From Eledone cirrhosa (Eukaryota): a stretch of 64,000 bases of DNA. The position numbers were made by a program, and so were the translations under genes. The DNA lies in contig OZ024741.1 in assembly GCA_964016885.1 (NCBI GenBank), forward strand, positions 20,832,001-20,896,000, given 5' to 3'. Every line of letters begins with the position of its first letter. The stretch's first letter is position 1. The notes under the pieces were generated by a model that searched no databases, was not told the origin of the DNA, and saw nothing but the letters and a program-made list of their open reading frames with translations. This document shows, piece by piece, positions 1-12,978 of the stretch.

Positions 1-36
1 GATGGTGGAACTTGGGGACTGAAGACCAGCTAAGAC

Positions 37-47
37 AACCAATTAGA
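37..47 (+). promoter_or_regulatory. CCAAT-box-like / homeodomain-like motif AACCAATTAGA (CTAATTGG on minus), repeated in nearly every monomer; first copy given
   Basis: This is a motif match only (CCAAT core; TAATTG core on minus). There is no evidence of function. Confidence 0.2.
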
Positions 48-1367
48 TGGTGGAACTTGGGGAGTGAAGACCAGCTAAGACAACCAATTAGATGGTGGAA
101 TTTGGGAAGAGAAGACCAGCTAAGACAACCAATTAAATGGTGGAACTTGGAGAGTGAAGACCAGATAAGACAACCAATTAGATGGTGGAACTTGGGGACT
201 GAAGACCAGCTAAGAAAACCAATTAGATGGTGGAACTTGGGGACTGAAGACCAGCTAAGACAACCAATTAGATGGTGGAACTTAGAGAGAGAAGACCAGA
301 AAAGACAACCAATTAGATGGTGGAACTTGGAGAGTGAAGACCAGCTAAGACAACCAAATAGATGGTGGAACTTGGGGAGTGAAGACCAGCTAAGACAACC
401 AATTAGATGGTGGAACTTGGGGAGTGAAGAACAGCTAAGACAACCAATTAGATGGTGGAACTTGGGGAGTGTAGACCTGCTAAGACAACCAATTAGATGG
501 TGGAACTTAGAGGGTGAAGACCAGCGAAGACAACCAATTAGATTGTGGAACTAGGAGAGTGAAGACCAGCTAAGACAACCAATTAGATGGTGGAACTTGG
601 GGAGTGAAGACCAGCTAAGACAACCAATTAGATGGTGGATTTTGCGAATAGAAGACCAGCTAAGACAACCAATTAGATGGTGGAACTTGGAGAGTGAAGA
701 CCAGCTAAGAGAACGAATTAGATGGTGGAACTAGGAGAGTGAAGACCAGCTAAGACAGCCAGTTAGAGGGTGAAGACCAGCTAAGAGAACGAATTAGAAG
801 GTGGAACTTGGGGAGAGAAGACCAGCTAAGACAACCAATTAGAAGGTGGAACTTGGGGAGAGAAGACCAGCTAAGACAACCAATTAGATGGTGGAACTTA
901 GGGAGTGAAGACCAGCTAAGACAACCAATTAGATGGGGGAACTTGGGGACTGAAGAACAGCTAAGACAACCAATTAGATGGTGGAACTTGGGGAGTGAAG
1001 ACCAGCTAAGACAACCAATTAGATGTTGGAACTAGGAGAGTGAAGACCAGCTAAGACAACCAATTAGATGGTGGAACTTGGAGAGTGAAGACCAGCTAAG
1101 AGAACGAATTAGATGGTGGAACTAGGATAGTGAAGACCAGCTAAGACAGCCAATTAGAGGGTGAAGACCAGCTAAGACAACAAATTAGATGGTGGAACTT
1201 GGGGAGTGAAGACCTGCTAAGACACCCAATTAGATGGTGGAATTTGGGAAGAGAAGACCAGCTAAGACAACCAATTAGATGGTGGAACTTGGAGAGTGAA
1301 GACCAGCTAAGACAACCAATTAGATGGTGGAACTTGGGGAGTGAAGACCAGCTAAGACAACCAATTA

Positions 1368-1411
1368 GATGGTGGAATAGTGGAATGAAGACCAGCTAAG
1401 ACAACCAATTA
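1368..1411 (+). repeat. Example of the recurrent 44-bp monomer carrying GGTGGAATAGTGGAATGAAG
   Basis: The 10-nt segment CTTGGGGAGT is replaced by the 9-nt TAGTGGAAT. It produces the 'NSGMKTS*' ORF ends (e.g. 1399, 3065, 13037, 15455, 25081, 63843). Confidence 0.95.
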
Positions 1412-2040
1412 GATGGTGGAACTTGGGGAGTGAAGACCAGCTAAGACAACCAATTAGATGGTGGAATAGTGGAATGAAGACCAGCTAAGACAACCAATTA
1501 GATGGTGGAACTTGGAGAGTGAAGACCAGCTAAGAGAACGAATTAGATAGTGGAACTTGGAGAGTGAAGACCAGCTAAGACAACCAATTAGATGGTGGAA
1601 CTTGGAGAGTGAAGACCAGCTAAGACAACAAATTAGATGGTGGAACTTGGAGAGTGAAGACCAGCTAAGACAACCAATTAGATGGTGGAACTTAGAGGGT
1701 GAAGACCAGCTAAGACAACCAATTAGATGATGGAACTTGGGGAGAAAAGACCACCTAAGACAACCAATTAGATGGTGGAACTTGGGGAGTGAAGACCAGC
1801 TAAGACAACCAATTAGATGGTGGAACTTGGGGAGTGAAGACCAGCTAAGACAACCAATTAGGTGGTGGAACTTGGGGAGTGAAGAACAGCTAAGACAACC
1901 AATTAGATGGTGGAACTTGGGGAGTGTAGACCTGCTAAGACAACCAATTAGATGGTGGAACTTAGAGGGTGAAGACCAGCGAAGACAACCAATTAGATGG
2001 TGGAACTAGGAGAGTGAAGACCAGCTAAGACAACCAATTA

Positions 2041-2071
2041 GAGGGTGAAGACCAGCTAAGACAACCAATTA
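2041..2071 (+). repeat. Example of the recurrent 31-bp short monomer GAGGGTGAAGACCAGCTAAGACAACCAATTA
   Basis: It lacks 14 bp relative to the CTTAGAGGGT-type 45-mer at 1951-1995. It recurs throughout, e.g. at 766, 2252, 4670, 5631, 6066, 14251, 14462, 46682 and 63106. Confidence 0.97.
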
Positions 2072-5000
2072 GATGGTGGAACTTGGGGAGTGAAGACCAG
2101 CTAAGACAACCAATTAGATGGTGGATTTTGCGAAGAGAAGACCAGCTAAGACAACCAATTAGATGGTGGAACTTGGAGAGTGAAGACCAGCTAAGAGAAC
2201 GAATTAGATGGTGGAACTAGGAGAGTGAAGACCAGCTAAGACAGCCAATTAGAAGGTGAAGACCAGCTAAGAGAACGAATTAGATGGTGGAACTTGGGGA
2301 GAGAAGACCAGCTAAGACAACCAATTAGAAGGTGGAACTTGGGGAGAGAAGACCAGCTAAGACAACCAATTAGATGGTGGAACTTGGGGAGTGAAGACCA
2401 GCTAAGACAACCAATTAGATGGTGGAACTTGGAGAGAGAAGACCAGCTAAGAAAACCAATTAGATGGTGGAACTTGGAGAGTGAAGACCAGCTAATAGAA
2501 CCAATTAGATGGTGGAACATGTGGACTGAAGACCAGCTAAGACAACCAATAAGATGGTGGAACTTGGGGAGTGAAGACCAGCTAAGACAACCAATTAGAT
2601 GGTGGAACTTGGGGAGTGAAGACCAGCTAAGACAACCAATTAGATGGTGGAACTTGGGGAGTGAAGACCAGCTAAGACAACCAATTAGATGGTGGAACTT
2701 AGAGGGTGAAGACCATCGAAGACAACCAATTAGATGGTGGAAATAGGAGAGTGAAGACCAGCTAAGACAGCCAATTAGAGGGTGAAGACCAGCTAAGACA
2801 ACAAATTAGATGGTGGAACTTGGGGAGTGAAGACCTGCTAAGACACCCAATTAGATGGTGGAATTTGGGAAGAGAAGACCAGCTAAGACAACCAATTAGA
2901 TGGTGGAACTTGGAGAGTGAAGACCAGCTAAGACAACCAATTAGATGGTGGAACTTGGAGAGTGAAGACCAGATAAGACAACCAATTAGATGGTGGAACT
3001 TGGGGAGTGAAGACCAGCTAAGACAACCAATTAGATGGTGGAATAGTGGAATGAAGACCAGCTAAGACAACCAATTAGATGGTGGAACTTGGGGAGTGAA
3101 GACCAGCTAAGAAAACCAGTTATATGGTGAAACTTGGAGAGTGAAGACCAGCTAAGAGAACGAATTAGATAGTGGAACTTGGAGAGTGAAGACCAGCTAA
3201 GACAACCAATTAGATGGTGGAACTTGGAGAGTGAAGACCAGCTAAGTCAACAAATTAGATGGTGGAACTTGGAGAGTGAAGACCAGCTAAGACAACCAAT
3301 TAGATGGTGGAACTTAGAGGGTGAAGACCAGCTAAGACAACCAATTAGATGATGGAACTTGGGGAGAAAAGACCAGCTAAGACAACCAATTAGATGGTGG
3401 AACTTAGAGGGTGAAGACCAGCGAAGACAACCAATTAGATGGTGGAACTAGGAGAGTGAAGACCAGCTAAGACAACCAATTAGAGGGTGAAGACCAGCTA
3501 AGACAACCAATTAGATGGTGGAACTTGGGGAGTGAAGACCAGCTAAGACAACCAATTAGATGGTGGATTTTGCGAAGAGAAGACCAGCTAAGACAACCAA
3601 TTAGATGGTGGAACTTGGAGAGTGAAGACCAGCTAAGAGAACGAATTAGATGGTGGAACTAGGAGAGTGAAGACCAGCTAAGACAGCCAATTAGAAGGTG
3701 AAGACCAGCTAAGAGAACGAATTAGATGGTGGAACTTGGGGAGAGAAGACCAGCTAAGACAACCAATTAGAAGGTGGAACTTGGGGAGAGAAGACCAGCT
3801 AAGACAACCAATTAGATGGTGGAACTTGGGGAGTGAAGACCAGCTAAGACAACCAATTAGATGGTGGAACTTGGAGAGAGAAGACCAGCTAAGAAAACCA
3901 ATTAGATGGTGGAACTTGGAGAGTGAAGACCAGCTAAGAGAACCAATTAGATGGTGGAACATGTGGACTGAAGACCAGCTAAGACAACCAATAACATGGT
4001 GGAACTTGGGGAGTGATGACCAGCTGAGACAACCAATTAGATGGTGGAACTTGGAGAGTGAAGACCAGATAAGACAACCAATTAGATGGTGGAACTTGGG
4101 GTCTGAAGACCAGCTAAGACAACCAATTAGATGGTGGAACTTGGGGAGTGAAGACCAGCTAAGACAACCAATTAGATGGTGGAATTTAGGAAGAGAAGAC
4201 CAGCTAAGACAACCAATTAAATGGTGGAACTTGGAGAGTGAAGACCAGATAAGACAACCAATTAGATGGTGGAACTTGGGGACTGAAGACCAGCTAAGAA
4301 AACCAATTAGATGGTGGAACTTGGGGACTGAAGACCAGCTAAGACAACCAATTAGATGGTGGAACTTAGAGAGAGAAGACCAGAAAAGACAACCAATTAG
4401 ATGGTGGAACTTGGAGAGTGAAGACCAGATAAGACAACCAAATAGATGGTGGAACTTGGGGAGTGAAGACCAGCTAAGACAACCAATTAGATGGTGGAAC
4501 TTGGGGAGTGAAGAACAGCTAAGACAACCAATTAGATGGTGGAACTTGGGGAGTGTAGACCTGCTAAGACAACCAATTAGATGGTGGAACTTAGAGGGTG
4601 AAGACCAGCGAAGACAACCAATTAGATTGTGGAACTAGGAGAGTGAAGACCAGCTAAGACAACCAATTAGAGGGTGAAGACCAGCTAAGACAACCAATTA
4701 GATGGTGGAACTTGGGGAGTGAAGACCAGCTAAGACAACCAATTAGATGGTGGATTTTGCGAATAGAAGACCAGCTAAGACAACCAATTAGATGGTGGAA
4801 CTTGGAGAGTGAAGACCAGCTAAGAGAACGAATTAGATGGTGGAACTAGGAGAGTGAAGACCAGCTAAGACAGCCAGTTAGAGGGTGAAGACCAGCTAAG
4901 AGAACGAATTAGAAGGTGGAACTTGGGGAGAGAAGACCAGCTAAGACAACCAATTAGAAGGTGGAACTTGGGGAGAGAAGACCAGCTAAGACAACCAATT

Positions 5001-8000
5001 AGATGGTGGAACTTAGGGAGTGAAGACCAGCTAAGACAACCAATTAGATGGTGGAACTTGGAGAGAGAAGACCAGCTAAGAAAACCAATTAGATGGTGGA
5101 ACTTGGAGAGTGAAGACCAGCTAAGAGAACCAATTAGATGGTGGAACATGTGGACTGAAGACCAGCTAAGGCAACCAATAAGATGGTGGAACTTGGGAGT
5201 GAAGACCAGCTGAGACAACCAATTAGATGGTGGAACTTGGGGACTGAAGACCAGCTAAGACAACCAATTAGATGGTTGAACTTGGGGAGTGAAGACCAGC
5301 TAAGACAACCAATTAGATGGTGGAACTTAGAGAGAGAAGACCAGATAAGACAACCAATTAGATGGTGGAACTTGGGGAGTGAAGACCAGCTAAGACAACC
5401 AATTAGAAGGTGGAACTTGGGGAGTGAAGACCAGCTAAGACAACCAATTAGATGGTGGAACTTGGGGAGTGAAGACCAGCTAAGACAACCAATTAGATGG
5501 TGGAACTTGGGGAGTGAAGACCAGCTAAGACAACCAATTAGATGGTGGAACTTAGAGGGTGAAGACCAGCGAAGACAACCAATTAGATGGTGGAAATAGG
5601 AGAGTGAAGACCAGCTAAGACAGCCAATTAGAGGGTGAAGACCAGCTAAGACAACAAATTAGATGGTGGAACTTGGGGAGTGAAGACCTGCTAAGACACC
5701 CAATTAGATGGTGGGATTTGGGATGAGAAGACCAGCTAAGACAACAAATTAGATGGTGGAACTTGGAGAGTGAAGACCAGCTAAGACAACCAATTAGATG
5801 GTGGAACTTGGAGAGTGAAGACCAGCTAAGACAACCAATTAGAAGGTGGAACTTGGGGAGTGAAGACCAGCTAAGACAACCAATTAGATGGTGGAATAGT
5901 GGAATGAAGACCAGCTAAGACAACCAATTAGATGGTGGAACTTGGGGAGTGAAGACCAGCTAAGAAAACCAGTTATATGGTGGAACTTGGAGAGTGAAGA
6001 CCAGCTAAGAGAACGAATTAGATGGTGGAACTAGGAGAGTGAAGACCAGCTAAGACAGCCAATTAGAGGGTGAAGACCAGCTAAGAGAACGAATTAGAAG
6101 GTGGAACTTGGGGAGAGAAGACCAGCTAAGACAACCAATTAGATGGTGGAACTTGGGGAGTGAAGACCAGCTAAGACAACCAATTAGATGGTGGAACTTG
6201 GAGAGAGAAGACCAGCTAAGAAAACCAATTAGATGGTGGAACTTGGAGAGTGAAGACCAGCTAAGAGAACCAATTAGATGGTGGAACATGTGGACTGAAG
6301 ACCAGCTAAGACAACCAATAAGATGGTGGAACTTGGGGAGTGAAGACCAGCTGAGACAACCAATTAGATGGTGGAACTTGGAGAGTGAAGACCAGATAAG
6401 ACAACCAATTAGATGGTGGAACTTGGGGACTGAAGACCAGCTAAGACAACCAATTAGATGGTGGAACTTGGGGAGTGAAGACCAGCTAAGACAACCAATT
6501 AGATGGTGGAACTAGGAGAGTGAAGACCAGCTAAGACAACCAATTAGAGGGTGAAGACCAGCTAAGACAGCCAATTAGATGGTGGAACTTGGGGAGTGAA
6601 GACCAGCTAAGACAACCAATTAGATGGTGGAATTTGGGAAGAGAAGACCAGCTAAGACAACCAATTAGATGGTGGAACTTGGAGAGTGAAGACCAGATAA
6701 GACAACCAATTAGATGGTGGAACTTGGGGACTGAAGACCAGCTAAGACAACCAATTAGATGGTGGAACTTGGGGACTGAAGACCAGCTAAGACAACCAAT
6801 TAGATGGTGGAACTTAGAGAGAGAAGACCAGATAAGACAACCAATTAGATGGTGGAACTTGGAGAGTGAAGACCAGCTAAGACAACCAAATAGATGGTGG
6901 AACTTGGGGAGTGAAGACCAGCTAAGACAACCAATTAGATGGTGGAACTTGGGGAGTGAAGAACAGCTAAGACAACCAATTAGATGGTGGAACTTGGGGA
7001 GTGTAGACCAGCTAAGACAACCAATTAGATGGTGGAACTTAGAAGGTGAAGACCAGCGAAGACAACCAATTAGATGGTGGAACTAGGAGAGTGAAGACCA
7101 GCTAAGACAACCAATTAGATGGTGGAAATTGGGGAGCGAAGACCAGCTAAGACAACCAATTAGATGGTGGAATTTGGGAAGAGAAAACCAGCTAAGACAA
7201 CCAATTAAATGGTGGAACTTGGAGAGTGAAGACCAGCTAAGAGAACGAATTAGATAGTGGAACTAGGAGAGTGAAGACCAGCTAAGACAGCCAATTAGAG
7301 GGTGAAGACCAGCTAAGAGAACGAATTAGAAGGTTGAACTTGGGGAGAGAAGACCAGCTAAGACAACCAATTAGATGGTGGAACTTGGGGAGTGAAGACC
7401 AGCTAAGACAACCAATTAGATGGTGGAACATGGAGAGAGAAGACCAGCTAAGAAAACCAATTCGATGGTGGAACTTGGAGAGTGAAGACCAGCTAAGAGA
7501 ACCAATTAGATGGTGGAACATGTGGACTGAAGACCAGCTAAGACAACCAATAAGATGGTGGAACTTGGGGAGTGAAGACCAGCTGAGACAACCAATTTGA
7601 TGGTGGAACTTGGGGACTGAAGACCAGCTAAGACAACCAATTAGATGGTGGAACTTGGGGAGTGAAGACCAGCTAAGACAACCAATTAGATGGTGGAACT
7701 TAGAGAGAGAAGACCAGATAAGACAACCAATTAGATGGTGGAACTTGGGGAGTGAAGACCAGCTAAGACAACCAATTAGAAGGTGGAACTTGGGGAGTGA
7801 AGACCAGCTAAGACAACCAATTAGATGGTGGAACTTGGGGAGTGAAGACCAGCTAAGACAACCAATTAGATGGTGGAACTTGGGGAGTGAAGACCAGCTA
7901 AGACAACCAATTAGATGGTGGAACTTAGAGGGTGAAGACCAGCGAAGACAACCAATTAGATGGTGGAAATAGGAGAGTGAAGACCAGCTAAGACAGCCAA

Positions 8001-11000
8001 TTAGAGGGTGAAGACCAGCTAAGACAACAAATTAGATGGTGGAACTTGGGGAGTGAAGACCTGCTAAGACACCCAATTAGATGGTGGAATTTGGGAAGAG
8101 AAGACCAGCTAAGACAACCAATTACATGGTGGAACTTGGAGAGTGAAGACCAGCTAAGACAACCAATTAGATGGTGAAACTTGGAGAGTGAAGACCAGCT
8201 AAGACAACCAATTAGATGGTGGAACTTGGGGAGTGAAGACCAGCTAAGAAAACCAATTAGATGGTGGAATAGTGGAATGAGGACCAGCTAAGACAACCAC
8301 TTAGATGGTGGAACTTGGGGAGTGAAGACCAGCTAAGAAAACCAGTTATATGGTGGAACTTGGAGAGTGAAGACCAGCTAAGAGAACGAATTAGATGGTG
8401 GAACTAGGAGAGTGAAGACCAGCTAAGACAGCCAATTAGAGGGTTAAGACCAGCTAAGAGAACGAATTAGAAGGTGGAACTTGGGGAGAGAAGACCAGCT
8501 AAGACAACCAATTAGATGGTGGAACTTGGAGAGAGAAGACCAGCTAAGAAAACCAATTCGATGGTGGAACTTGGAGAGTGAAGACCAGCTAAGAGAACCA
8601 ATTAGATGGTGGAACATGTGGACTGAAGACCAGCTAAGACAACCAATAAGATGGTGGAACTTGGGGAGTGAAGACCAGCTGAGACAACCAATTAGATAGT
8701 GGAACTTGGAGAGTGAAGACCAGATAAGACAACCAATTAGATGGTGGAACTTGGGGACTGAAGACCAGCTAAGACAACCAATTAGATGGTGGAACCTGGG
8801 GACTGAAGACCAGCTAAGACAACCAATTAGATGGTGGAACTTAGAGAGAGAAGACCAGATAAGACAACCAATTAGATGGTGGAACTTGGAGAGTGAAGAC
8901 CAGCTAAGACAACCAATTAGATGGTGGAACTTGGGGAGTGAAGACCAGCTAAGACAACCAATTAGATGGTGGAACTTGGGGAGTGAAGAACAGCTAAGAC
9001 AACCAATTAGATGGTGGAACTTGGGGAGTGTAGACCAGCTAAGACAACCAATTAGATGGTGGAACTTAGAGGGTGAAGACCAGCGAAGACAACCAATTAG
9101 ATGGTGGAACTTGGAGAGTGAAGACCAGATAAGACAACCAATTAGATGGTGGAACTTGGGGACTGAAGACCAGCTAAGACAACCAATTAGATGGTGGAAC
9201 TTGGGGACTGAAGACCAGCTAAGACAACCAATTAGATGGTGGAACTTAGAGAGAGAAGACCAGATAAGACAACCAATTAGATGGTGGAACTTGGAGAGTG
9301 AAGACCAGCTAAGACAACCAAATAGATGGTGGAACTTGGGGAGTGAAGACCAGCTAAGACAACCAATTAGATGGTGGAACTTGGGGAGTGAAGAACAGCT
9401 AAGACAACCAATTAGATGGTGGAACTTGGGGAGTGTAGACCAGCTAAGACAACCAATTAGATGGTGGAACTTAGAAGGTGAAGACCAGCGAAGACAACCA
9501 ATTAGATGGTGGAACTAGGAGAGTGAAGACCAGCTAAGACAACCAATTAGAGGGTGAAGACCAGCTAAGACAACCAATTAGATAGTGGAAATTGGGGAGT
9601 GAAGACCAGCTAAGACAACCAATTAGATGGTGGAATTTGGGAAGAGAAGACCAGCTAAGACAACCAATTAAATGGTGGAACTTGGAGAGTGAAGACCAGC
9701 TAAGAGAACGAATTAGATGGTGGAACTAGGAGAGTGAAGACCAGCTAAGACAGCCAATTAGAGGGTGAAGACCAGCTAAGAGAACGAATTAGAAGGTGGA
9801 ACTTGGGGAGAGAAGACCAGCTAAGACAACCAATTAGATGGTGGAACTTGGGGAGTGAAGACCAGCTAAGACAACCAATTAGATGGTGGAACATGGAGAG
9901 AGAAGACCAGCTAAGAAAACCAATTCGATGGTGGAACTTGGAGAGTGAAGACCAGCTAAGAGAACCAATTAGATGGTGGAACATGTGGACTGAAGACCAG
10001 CTAAGACAACCAATAAGATGGTGGAACTTGGGGAGTGAAGACCAGCTGAGACAACCAATTAGATGGTGGAACTTGGAGAGTGAAGACCAGATAAGACAAC
10101 CAATTAGATGGTGGAACTTGGGGACTGAAGACCAGCTAAGACAACCAATTAGATGGTGGAACTTGGGGACTGAAGACCAGCTAAGACAACTAATTAGATG
10201 GTGGAACTTAGAGAGAGAAGACCAGATAAGACAACCAATTAGATGGTGGAACTTGGAGAGTGAAGACCAGCTAAGACAACCAATTAGATGGTGGAACTTG
10301 GGGAGTGAAGACCAGCGAAGACAACCAATTAGATGGTGGAACTAGGAGAGTGAAGACCAGCTAAGACAACCAAATAGATGGTGGAACTTGGGGAGTGAAG
10401 ACCAGCTAAGACAACCAATTAGATGGTGGAACTTGGGGAGTGAAGAACAGCTAAGACAACCAATTAGATGGTGGAACTTGGGGAGTGTAGACCTGCTAAG
10501 ACAACCAATTAGATGGTGGAACTTAGAGGGTGAAGACCAGCGAAGACAACCAATTAGATGGTGGAACTAGGAGAGTGAAGACCAGCTAAGACAACCAATT
10601 AGAGGGTGAAGACCAGCTAAGACAACCAATTAGATGGTGGAACTTGGGGAGTGAAGACCAGCTAAGACAACCAATTAGATGGTGGATTTTGCGAAGAGAA
10701 GACCAGCTAAGACAACCAATTAGATGGTGGAACTTGGAGAGTGAAGACCAGCTAAGAGAACGAATTAGATGGTGGAACTAGGAGAGTGAAGACCAGCTAA
10801 GACAGCCAATTAGAGGGTGAAGACCAGCTAAGAGAACGAATTAGAAGGTGGAACTTGGGGAGAGAAGACCAGCTAAGACAACCAATTAGAAGGTGGAACT
10901 TGGGGAGAGAAGACCAGCTAAGACAACCAATTAGATGGTGGAACTTGGGGAGTGAAGACCAGCTAAGACAACCAATTAGATGGTGGAACTTGGAGAGAGA

Positions 11001-12978
11001 AGACCAGCTAAGAAAACCAATTAGATGGTGGAACTTGGAGAGTGAAGACCAGCTAAGAGAAGCAATTAGATGGTGGAACATGTGGACTGAAGACCAGCTA
11101 AGACAACCAATAAGATGGTGGAACTTGGGGAGTGAAGACCAGCTGAGACAACCAATTAGATGGTGGAACTTGGGGACTGAAGACCAGCTAAGACAACCAA
11201 TTAGATGGTTGAACTTGGGGAGTGAAGACCAGCTAAGACAACCAATTAGATGGTGGAACTTAGAGAGAGAAGACCAGATAAGACAACCAATTAGATGGTG
11301 GAACTTGGGGAGTGAAGACCAGCTAAGACAACCAATTAGATGGTGGAACTTGGGGAGTGAAGACCAGCTAAGACAACCAATTAGATGGTGGAACTTAGAG
11401 GGTGAAGACCAGCGAAGACAACCAATTAGATGGTGGAAATAGGAGAGTGAAGACCAGCTAAGACAGCCAATTAGAGGGTGAAGACCAGCTAAGACAACAA
11501 ATTAGATGGTGGAACTTGGGGAGTGAAGACCTGCTAAGACACCCAATTAGATGGTGGAATTTGGGATGAGAAGACCAGCTAAGACAACCAATTAGATGGT
11601 GGAACTTGGAGAGTGAAGACCAGCTAAGACAACCAATTAGATGGTGGAACTTGGAGAGTGAAGACCAGCTAAGACAACCAATTAGAAGGTGGAACTTGGG
11701 GAGTGAAGACCAGCTAAGACAACCAATTAGATGGTGGAATAGTGGAATGAAGACCAGCTAAGACAACCAATTAGATGGTGGAACTTGGGGAGTGAAGACC
11801 AGCTAAGAAAACCAGTTATATGGTGGAACTTGGAGAGTGAAGACCAGCTAAGAGAACGAATTAGATGGTGGAACTAGGAGAGTGAAGACCAGCTAAGACA
11901 GCCAATTAGAGGGTGAAGACCAGCTAAGAGAACGAATTAGAAGGTGGAACTTGGGGAGAGAAGACCAGCTAAGACAACCAATTAGATGGTGGAACTTGGG
12001 GAGTGAATACCAGCTAAGACAACCAATTAGATGGTGGAACTTGGAGAGAGAAGACCAGCTAAGAAAACCAATTAGATGGTGGAACTTGGAGTGTGAAGAC
12101 CAGCTAAGAGAACCAATTAGATGGTGGAACATGTGGACTGAAGACCAGCTAAGACAACCAATTAGATGGTGGAACTTGGAGAGTGAAGACCAGATAAGAC
12201 AACCAATTAGATGGTGGAACTTGGGGACTGAAGACCAGCTAAGACAACCAATTAGATGGTGGAACTTGGGGAGTGAAGACCAGCTAAGACAACCAATTAG
12301 ATGGTGGAACTAGGAGAGTGAAGACCAGCTAAGACAACCAATTAGATGGTGGAATTTGGGAAGAGAAGAACAGCTAAGACAACCAATTAGATGGTGGAAC
12401 TTGGAGAGTGAAGACCAGATAAGACAACCAATTAGATGGTGGAACTTAGAGAGAGAAGACCAGATAAGACAACCAATTAGATGGTGGAACTTGGGGAGTG
12501 AAGACCAGCTAAGACAACCAATTAGAAGGTGGAACTTGGGGAGTGAAGACCAGCTAAGACAACCAATTAGATGGTGGAACTTGGGGAGTGAAGACCAGCT
12601 AAGACAACCAATTAGATGGTGGAACTTGGGGAGTGAAGACCAGCTAAGACAACCAATTAGATGGTGGAACTTAGAGGGTGAAGACCAGCGAAGACAACCA
12701 ATTAGATGGTGGAAATAGGAGAGTGAAGACCAGCTAAGACAGCCAATTAGAGGGTGAAGACCAGCTAAGACAACAAATTAGATGGTGGAACTTGGGGAGT
12801 GAAGACCTGCTAAGACACCCAATTAGATGGTGGAATTTGGGAAGAGAAGACCAGCTAAGACAACCAATTACATGGTGGAACTTGGAGAGTGAAGACCAGC
12901 TAAGACAACCTATTAGATGGTGGAACTTGGAGAGTGAAGACCAGCTAAGACAACCAATTAGATGGTGGAACTTGGGGA

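Noticed and set aside
21-35. BbsI (GAAGAC), AluI (AGCT) and DdeI (CTAAG) sites in each monomer, suggesting a synthetic concatemer
   Set aside because: The nested duplications, private mutations and irregular indels fit natural evolution. The sites are useful only for a restriction-ladder test.
5191-5200. Single-G deletion (ACTTGGGAGT) causing overlapping ORFs 4923/5183
   Set aside because: It is a singleton in a G4 homopolymer, either a private mutation or a sequencing error. It is not a programmed frameshift.
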